Below are positions 57,446-64,000 of a stretch of DNA of 64,000 nucleotides, piece by piece. Source of the DNA: an uncultured Chloroflexia bacterium (GTDB lineage Bacteria; Chloroflexota; Dehalococcoidia; UBA2979); assembly GCA_963728205.1 (NCBI GenBank), contig CAVSIV010000006.1:1120001-1184000 (forward strand), written 5' to 3'. The notes beneath the pieces are model-generated. The model ran no database searches, was not told the origin of the DNA, and was given only the letters and a program-made list of their open reading frames with translations. How positions within the stretch are numbered: the first letter of the stretch is position 1; each line of letters begins with the position of its first letter. A program made the position numbers and the translations under genes.

Positions 57446-58693
57446 CTAGCGGGCGTCGCGGAGCAGCGCGGCGACGCGATCGAGCACGCGCATGCCGACG
57501 TCGTACTTCGACATCAGGGGCAAGTCCTCGCGGCCGCCGTGGTCGTCGAGGATCGAGACGCGGTTGTTGTCGACGGCGAAGCCCGCGTCGGTCGCGCTCA
57601 CGTCGTTCGCCACCATCAGCTGCGCGCGCTTCTTCTGGAGCTTGCGCTCCGCGTTCGCGAGCAGCTCCTCGGTCTCGGCCGCGAACGCGACTTTCACCAT
57701 CCCGGGCTCGTCGATGGACGCGATGATGTCGACGTTCTCAACGAGTTCGATCGTGAGCTCGTGAGCCTTCTCGCGCTTGATCTTCTGCTCGGCCGGACGC
57801 GCCGGGCGGTAGTCGGCGACGGCGGCCGCCATGATCAGCGCGTCGGTGCCGCGGCAGGCCTGCTCGAGCGCGGCGTACATGTCGGCATGCGACGAGACGG
57901 GCACCACGCGGATTGCGGCCGGTGCGGGCAGCGCGGCCGACGAGATCAGCGTGACGTCGGCGCCGCGGTCGCGCGCCGCGCGGGCGATCGCGTAACCCTG
58001 CTTGCCGCTGGAGTGGTTGCCGACGAAGCGCACCGGGTCCAGGGGCTCGCGAGTGCCGCCCGCGGTGACGACGAGGCGGCGACCTGCGAGGTCGCCGTGC
58101 TCTCGGCCGAGTCGTGCCTGCAGCACCTCGACAATCTCCGCCGGCTCGACCAGCCGCCCGGCGCCTGTGCGCCCCGAGGCCAGCCGGCCGGCGGCCGGCC
58201 CGATGAACTGAACGGCGCGCTCGACGAGCAGCGCGCGGTTCGCCTGCGTCGCGGGGTGCTCCCACATCTGGGCGTCCATCGCCGGCGCCACGAGCAGCGG
58301 CGCAGTCGTCGCGAGCGCGGTCAGCGCGACGAAGTCGTCGGCGAGACCGTGCGCGAGTCGCGCGAGTGTGGAGGCGGTAGCGGGCGCGATCAGCATCGCG
58401 TCGGCGCGGCGCGCCAGCTCGACGTGCGCTTCGCCGTCGGCGCCGTGCGGCGTGAACATGTCGACGTACGGCTGGCGCGCCGTCAGCGAGCGGAACGCGA
58501 GTGGCGTCACGAACTCCGTCGCGGCGCGCGTCAGCGCGACGTCGACGACCGCGCCGGCCTGCACGAGCCGGCTCGCGATTTCGAGCGCCTTGTAGCAGGC
58601 GATCGAGCCGGTGACGCCGAGCACGACGTGGCGACCGGTCAGGGGGAGCGTTTCCCCGGGCGGCGTGCGGTCGAGAGGCGGCTGCGCGGTCAC
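57446..58693 (-). CDS. coaBC: Phosphopantothenoylcysteine decarboxylase/ligase
   Basis: GTG at 58693; GVTGSIACYK, APAMDAQM, TAGGTREPLDPVRFVGNHSSGKQG, FAAET. Confidence 0.95.
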   Translation of the reverse strand: MTAQPPLDRTPPGETLPLTGRHVVLGVTGSIACYKALEIASRLVQAGAVVDVALTRAATEFVTPLAFRSLTARQPYVDMFTPHGADGEAHVELARRADAMLIAPATASTLARLAHGLADDFVALTALATTAPLLVAPAMDAQMWEHPATQANRALLVERAVQFIGPAAGRLASGRTGAGRLVEPAEIVEVLQARLGREHGDLAGRRLVVTAGGTREPLDPVRFVGNHSSGKQGYAIARAARDRGADVTLISSAALPAPAAIRVVPVSSHADMYAALEQACRGTDALIMAAAVADYRPARPAEQKIKREKAHELTIELVENVDIIASIDEPGMVKVAFAAETEELLANAERKLQKKRAQLMVANDVSATDAGFAVDNNRVSILDDHGGREDLPLMSKYDVGMRVLDRVAALLRDAR

Positions 58694-59469
58694 TGGTTCG
58701 CCTCGTACACGATGCGCAGGCCCTCCAGGTTGAGGTTGTCCTCGATCGCATCGAAGCAGGCGGCCTCGTCCGCGATGACGCGCGCGTAGCCGCCGGTGGC
58801 GACCACCGTCGCGCCGTCGCCGACTTCCTCCTTGAAGCGTCGCACCATGCCTCTCACCATCTCGGACCACCCGAAGACGATCCCGGCCTGCAGCGCGTGC
58901 GCGGTGTTGCGCCCGATCGCCTTGGGCGGTCGCTCGAGGCTGACGCGGTAGAGCATGGCGGCGCGCGCGAACAGCGCCTGCGAGGCGATGGCGATCCCCG
59001 GCGCGATCGCGCCGCCGATGTAGTCGCCGTCGCGCGAGACGGCATCGAACACGGTCGCGGTCCCGACGTCGACGATCACGAGCGGCGGCGGATAGTGCTG
59101 CAGGGCCGCGACGGCGTGGAGAATGCGGTCGGGACCGACCTCGCGCGGGTTGTCGTAGAGCACGCGGATGCCGGTCTTCACGCCGGGACCGACGATCAGC
59201 GCTTCGACGTTGAAGTAGTCGCGGCAGACCTGGCGGAACGTGTTGAGCAGCGGCGGGACGGTCGACGACATCACCGCCGCGCACACGCGCTCGGGCTCGA
59301 TCGAGCGGCTGCGCAGCAGGCCGAGCACGAGCATCGCGTACTCATCCGGGAGGTTCTCCTGGTCGGTGGCGATGCGGAAGGTGGCGGCGAGCCGCTCGCC
59401 CTCATAGAGGCCGATGGCGACGCTGGTGTTACCGATGTCGATTGCGAGCAGGAGTCCGGTGGGAGTCAC
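58690..59469 (-). CDS. coaX: Type III pantothenate kinase
   Basis: LAIDIGNT, EVGPDR, DVGTAT, GGAIAPG, ATGG; GTG at 59469. Confidence 0.95.
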   Translation of the reverse strand: MTPTGLLLAIDIGNTSVAIGLYEGERLAATFRIATDQENLPDEYAMLVLGLLRSRSIEPERVCAAVMSSTVPPLLNTFRQVCRDYFNVEALIVGPGVKTGIRVLYDNPREVGPDRILHAVAALQHYPPPLVIVDVGTATVFDAVSRDGDYIGGAIAPGIAIASQALFARAAMLYRVSLERPPKAIGRNTAHALQAGIVFGWSEMVRGMVRRFKEEVGDGATVVATGGYARVIADEAACFDAIEDNLNLEGLRIVYEANQ

Positions 59470-59851
59470 GCCGTTGCCCCCGGGGGTGTGTGCCAGATGG
59501 TCGGACGGGGGCCGGGCCCCTCTCCGCTTCGCCGCAAACCCGCCGACGGGCCGCCGCGCGGCGGCCGCAGTATACCGTCGCGCCCGTGCGACCGTCGGAT
59601 CGCGAATAGGGACCGCGCACCCGCTCGATGCGGCTTTGGCGGGACACGCGCCGCGGAGCGCGCCCATCGCGCCGCGACAGACGTTTTTCCCGGACACTCC
59701 ACATAAGTGCCTTGATCGGGCTGATCGGCCGGTGCTACAGTCCGCCCCGTTCGCTTTCCCCCGTTACATGCGGCACGCGGGAGAACGATCAGGCCGGGCT
59801 TTCGGCGCGCAATCGCTAGAGGAACCAAGCTCCACCGGTTCATTTGCAGGG

Positions 59852-59882
59852 TTATCCACAGGTGTCGAACATCTGGGGATAA
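59852..59882. promoter_or_regulatory. Pair of DnaA boxes upstream of dnaA
   Basis: TTATCCACA (59852-59860, perfect) and inverted TGGGGATAA (59874-59882, one mismatch). Confidence 0.85.
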
Positions 59883-59916
59883 GTCGCGTGCTGCTCGGCG
59901 CGGGCGGGGGTGAGTC

Positions 59917-61305
59917 TTGTCAGATCCAGCCGATCCCGGCGTGGCGGAGTCGCTGCAGAGCGACGCTTACGCGCTGTGGACGTCCGCGCTGCGAGACCTC
60001 GCGCACCAGGTCACCCGCACGAACTACGACACGTGGCTCGAGGGTACCGAGGGCATGCGCATCGACGCCGACACGCTGGTTGTCGGCACCCGCTCCGAGT
60101 TCGTCACCGAGTGGCTGCAGAAGCGGCTGCGCCCCGCGATCCTGCGTTCGTTGACCGAGCTGTCCGGGCGCCAGATCGATGTGCGATTCGAGCCGCTGCG
60201 CGCGGACGATGACCGGTCGCCCGCGCTGCGCACCCCGGCCGACGACGCCGGCGGCTCGCGCGGCGGCGCACCGCGGCCGCGACTGCGCGAGCGGTACACG
60301 TTCGAGAGCTTCGTCGTCGGGCCGAGCAACCGGCTGGCGTTCGCCGCGGCAGAGGGCGTCGCCAACGCGCCCGGCCGCCTCTACAATCCGCTCTTCCTCT
60401 ACGGCGCCGCCGGCCTGGGCAAGACGCACCTGCTGCAGGCGATCGGGCACCGGCTGCTCGAGGAGAGCCTGCACGTCGTCTACATCAGCGCCGAGGCCTT
60501 CACGAACCAGCTGATCACGGCGATCCAGCAACGGACGATGCAGGAGTTCCGCGGGCGCTACCGCCAGACGGACGCGCTGCTGATCGACGACATCCAGTTC
60601 ATCGCCGGCAAGGAGCAGACGCAGGAGGAGTTCTTCTACACCTTCAACGAGCTGCACGAGGCCGGGCACCAGATCATCATCACGTCCGACAAGAGCCCGC
60701 CGCACATCCAGCACCTCGAGGAGCGCCTGCGCACCCGCTTCGAGTGGGGCATGATCGCCGACCTCCAGGCGCCGGACATGGAGACGCGCGTCGCCATCCT
60801 GCGCCGCAAGGCCGCGGAGCAGCGCACGTCCGTGCCCGACGAAGTGCTGCAGGTGATCGCCGCGCGCTACAAGAACAACATCCGCGAACTCGAGGGCTCG
60901 CTGACGCGCGTGCTCGCCTACTCGCGGCTGACCAGCGAGCCGCTCTCCGTGAACCTCGTGCGCTCCGCCCTGGCATCGCTCGAGCCGACCGAGCCCCGAC
61001 TCCCGCCGTCGCCCGACCTGATCATGGAGATGGTCTGCCGCTACTTCGAACTCGACACGCCCGCGCTGCTGTCCAAGAGCCGCGAGAAGCGTGTCGCCTA
61101 CCCGCGCCAGATCGCCATGTACCTGATGCGCGAACTGGGCAATCGTTCGCTCGTCGAGATCGGCGACGCACTCGGCGGCCGCGATCACTCCACCGTGCAC
61201 CACGGCTGGCGCAAGATGGAGCGCGCCCTCTCGGTCGACCCGGAGACGAAACGGGACATCGCCAGCCTGCGCGACATGATTGAGCAGTCCCGCCGCATCG
61301 CCTGA
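59917..61305 (+). CDS. dnaA: Chromosomal replication initiator DnaA
   Basis: YTFESFVVG, YNPLFLYGAAGLGKTHL, LLIDDIQF, RELEG, RQIAMYL, GGRDHSTV. Confidence 0.99.
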   Translation: MSDPADPGVAESLQSDAYALWTSALRDLAHQVTRTNYDTWLEGTEGMRIDADTLVVGTRSEFVTEWLQKRLRPAILRSLTELSGRQIDVRFEPLRADDDRSPALRTPADDAGGSRGGAPRPRLRERYTFESFVVGPSNRLAFAAAEGVANAPGRLYNPLFLYGAAGLGKTHLLQAIGHRLLEESLHVVYISAEAFTNQLITAIQQRTMQEFRGRYRQTDALLIDDIQFIAGKEQTQEEFFYTFNELHEAGHQIIITSDKSPPHIQHLEERLRTRFEWGMIADLQAPDMETRVAILRRKAAEQRTSVPDEVLQVIAARYKNNIRELEGSLTRVLAYSRLTSEPLSVNLVRSALASLEPTEPRLPPSPDLIMEMVCRYFELDTPALLSKSREKRVAYPRQIAMYLMRELGNRSLVEIGDALGGRDHSTVHHGWRKMERALSVDPETKRDIASLRDMIEQSRRIA

Positions 61306-61688
61306 GCGCGTCCGCACCCTCTCCAGTCCGGCTTATCCACCGAACGCCGCCCTTCGGCGCCTTGGCGCATTGGCCTATTCATGTGTTCACTTCTCGTACC
61401 GGTTTCGTTGAGAACCCCGGCCAATCCGTTGGATAGAACGATCGGGTTGTTCGTCATTACAAGCGGCATCGGCGTTCGGGCGGGCGCCATGGCCAATTCA
61501 TCCCCGCAATCCGGCTACTTGCCCACAGCCGTCCGCAGTGCCGCCCCAGCCGCTCCACGTCCCCCGCGCTCTGGGCTCAGATACGGCGTCCACACCGTCC
61601 ACAGCCCCTACTACTACTACGAGTCCCCTTCCTCTCCACATCCCTTCTGCCCTGTGCTCGATGCCCCAACGACCGTTCCCTGTGCACA
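61306..61688. other. Probable chromosomal origin oriC (DnaA boxes + GC tract + DnaA-trios)
   Basis: TTATCCACC 61333, TTGCCCACA 61519, tandem GCGTCCACA/CCGTCCACA 61586-61603, GCCCC, then (TAC)x4 at 61609-61620. Confidence 0.82.
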
Positions 61689-61697
61689 ATGGCCAGC

Positions 61698-62987
61698 ATG
61701 ATCGACCACGTTGAGCTCGAGGTGACCGGTGGACGCGGTGGGGACGGCTCGGCGTCGTTTCGACGCGAGAAGTTCGTGCCGCGCGGCGGACCGGACGGCG
61801 GCGACGGCGGGCGCGGCGGCGATGTCGTGCTGGTGGCGGAGCGCCGCGTGAGCACGCTCGCGGCCTTTCACTCGCGGCAGCGGTTGCGCGCGGAGGACGG
61901 GGAGCCCGGGGGGGCGAACCAGCGGCGAGGCGGCTCGGCGTCGCCGCTGCGCGTCCCCGTTCCGGTCGGCACGGTCGTCTGGGAGACGGCGACGGGGCCG
62001 GCTGGGGATCAGGCCCCCGCCGCGCCGCTCGCCGACCTCTCGGCCGAAGGGATGTCCGTTGTCGTCGCGCGCGGCGGCCGCGGCGGGTTCGGGAACAAGC
62101 GCTTCACCACGCCGACGCGGCAGGCGCCGCGCTTCGCGCAGCACGGAGCCGCCGGCCAGCACCGCACGATTCGGCTCGAATTGAAGCTGCTCGCCGACGT
62201 CGGCCTGGTCGGCCTGCCCAACGCCGGCAAATCGACGCTGCTGCGCGCCTGGAGCCGCGCGATGCCGAAGATTGGGGCGTACCCCTTCACGACGCTCGAC
62301 CCCGAGCTGGGCGTCGTCGAGGTCGGCTACGACTCGTTCGTCGCCGCCGACATGCCGGGGCTGATCGAGGGCGCGAGCGCCGGGGTGGGCCTCGGCCACG
62401 AGTTTCTGCGGCACATCGAGCGCACCCGCGTGCTCGTGCACGTGGTGGACATGACGTCGGAGGACCCGGTCGGCGAGATCGCGATGATCGACGCCGAGCT
62501 CGCGGCATTCGGGCACGGGCTCGCTGAGAAGCCGCAGCTGCTCGCGCTGAACAAGATCGACGACGAGGACGCGCGGGCGCGCGTGGAGCTGCTGACGCCT
62601 CGCCTGGCGGCGCTGGGACGGCCCTGGCTCGCGATCTCCGCGGCGACCCGCGAGGGCACGGCGGACCTGGCGCGGCGCGCGCTGGCGCTGGTCCGCGAGA
62701 TCGACGCCGGGATCGAGCGCGCGCAGGCCGAGGAGCTGCCCGTGCTGCACCCCGAGCCGCGGCGCAGCCGCTTCGAGGTCGCGCTCGGTGAGGACGACGT
62801 CCCGGTGATCACGGGTGCGACGCCGGAGTGGCTCGCGTCCACGCTGCCGCTCGAGAACCGCGAGGCGCGCCTCGAGCTCTTCGGCCGGTTGCGCCGGCTG
62901 GGCGTGGCGCGTGCGCTCGACCGCCTCGGCGTGGAGGTTGGCGACGAGGTGCGCATCGGCGACGTCACGGTGCGCTGGGAGCTGTGA
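61698..62987 (+). CDS. obgE: GTPase ObgE/CgtA
   Basis: FRREKFVPRGGPDGGDGG, GLPNAGKST, YPFTT, DMPG, NKID; start at ATG 61698 (or 61689). Confidence 0.97.
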   Translation: MIDHVELEVTGGRGGDGSASFRREKFVPRGGPDGGDGGRGGDVVLVAERRVSTLAAFHSRQRLRAEDGEPGGANQRRGGSASPLRVPVPVGTVVWETATGPAGDQAPAAPLADLSAEGMSVVVARGGRGGFGNKRFTTPTRQAPRFAQHGAAGQHRTIRLELKLLADVGLVGLPNAGKSTLLRAWSRAMPKIGAYPFTTLDPELGVVEVGYDSFVAADMPGLIEGASAGVGLGHEFLRHIERTRVLVHVVDMTSEDPVGEIAMIDAELAAFGHGLAEKPQLLALNKIDDEDARARVELLTPRLAALGRPWLAISAATREGTADLARRALALVREIDAGIERAQAEELPVLHPEPRRSRFEVALGEDDVPVITGATPEWLASTLPLENREARLELFGRLRRLGVARALDRLGVEVGDEVRIGDVTVRWEL

Positions 62988-62988
62988 G

Positions 62989-63616
62989 GTGAGCGCCGAG
63001 CAGCCGGCGCATCGCACCGGGGTGCTCGGCGGCACGTTCGAATCCGCCGCACCTCGCTCACCTCGCGTTCGCGGCCGCGGCGAAGCACCGCCTCCACCTC
63101 GACCGCGTCGTGTTCTTGCCCGCGGGCGATCCGTGGCTCAAGCGCGACCGGGCGAACCTCACCCCCGCCGAGACCCGCCTGCGGCTCGTGCGCGCGGCGG
63201 TGTCCGACCTCGCGTGGGCGGAGGTCGATGACCGCGAGTTGCGGCGCGCGGGGCCCTCGTACACGTCGGTCACGGTCGAGGAGCTGACCGGCGACGACGG
63301 CGCGTGGTGGTTTCTGATCGGCCAGGACGCGCTCGACAGCATGCCACGCTGGCACGAGCCGGCACGCATCGTGCGCCACGCGCGACTCGCGGTTGCGCGG
63401 CGGCCGGACGCCGGCGATGTGCTCGTAGAGGATGCGGTGCGCGCCGCCGTGCCCGGCATCGACGCGGCGATCGACGTGGTGCCGATGCCGCCGCTCATGC
63501 TCTCGTCGACGGAGGTGCGCCGGCGCGTGCGCGACGGCCGCTCGCTGGACGTGCTCGTGCCCGAGGGGGTGCGTGTGCTGATCGCGGAACGGCGCCTGTA
63601 CCGCGACGCGGTCTAG
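62989..63616 (+). pseudogene. nadD: Nicotinate-nucleotide adenylyltransferase, frameshifted (+1) near 63041
   Basis: GVLGGTF in one frame; PPHLAH...GPSYT...IGQD...LSSTEVR in the next; removing one A from ttc-gaat-ccg restores GGTFDPPHLAH. Confidence 0.85.
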
Positions 63617-63619
63617 CCG

Positions 63620-64000
63620 CTAGCCGAGCGGGCCGGTCCAACCCTCGGGCGGCCGCCCGACGAGGATCGATGCCCGCGGGATCGGCGGCGCCAGGAACGG
63701 TCGCAGGTTCGCCTCGCGGTTGAATGTGAAGCCCGCGGCGGCCGCGCGGTGGCGCAGCGTCGATGCCGCGCGCAGGTGAGGGGCCGCGCTCGTGATCGCA
63801 ACGATGCGCGCGTTCCAGGCGTCGAGCCGCGGGTTCCCGCTCGGACCGAAGTCCCAGATCACGGCGAGGCCGCCCGGCGCGAGCACGCGGTGGATCTCCA
63901 CGAGCAGCGCGTCGACCTCGTCGTTTTCGAGGTGGCGCACGACGTAGCCGCACGTGACGAGCGTGAACGCCCCGTCGCGGAACGGGAGCGCGACGGGACC
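63620..64000 (-). CDS. Class I SAM-dependent methyltransferase, C-terminal part
   Basis: LPFRDGAFTLVTCGYVVRHL...EIHRVLAPGG; runs off the window end. Confidence 0.8.
   Translation of the reverse strand, partial: GPVALPFRDGAFTLVTCGYVVRHLENDEVDALLVEIHRVLAPGGLAVIWDFGPSGNPRLDAWNARIVAITSAAPHLRAASTLRHRAAAAGFTFNREANLRPFLAPPIPRASILVGRPPEGWTGPLG

Noticed and set aside
59920-63035. Minus-strand ORFs of 465 and 472 aa opposite dnaA and obgE
   Set aside because: Shadow ORFs of conserved genes.

Overview
Very GC-rich (roughly 70% by eye) bacterial chromosomal segment that contains the probable replication origin. dnaA (59917-61305) is flanked by DnaA boxes, and a DnaA-box/GC-tract/DnaA-trio unwinding module lies at about 61586-61620. 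The dnaA-obgE-nadD and rpsO-pnp-dapB-asd-dapA gene orders suggest Chloroflexota, probably Dehalococcoidia (inference). Most of the window is housekeeping: dnaE 3' end, hrcA-grpE-dnaK-dnaJ-prmA-rsmE with a perfect CIRCE, fabH, rho, pyrG, purA, pnp, pepA, coaBC/coaX. No rRNA, tRNA, CRISPR array or IS element was recognised. The most unusual observations are: (1) two convergent MoxR systems, one ending in a full-length transglutaminase-like membrane protein whose whole Cys-His-Asp triad is replaced (Phe/Trp/Asn); (2) an ECF sigma-fabH-fabF-like-MBL cluster whose FabF homolog has Gly at the catalytic Cys; (3) two tandem PTP-type phosphatases inside the dnaK-dnaJ operon; (4) Gly/Arg-rich low-complexity extensions in DnaE, PNPase and Rho; (5) several apparent leaderless promoters; (6) a lower-GC MerR/DUF433 + PIN toxin-antitoxin insert; (7) a single-base frameshift in nadD. 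All calls come from reading motifs by eye; no database searches were run.
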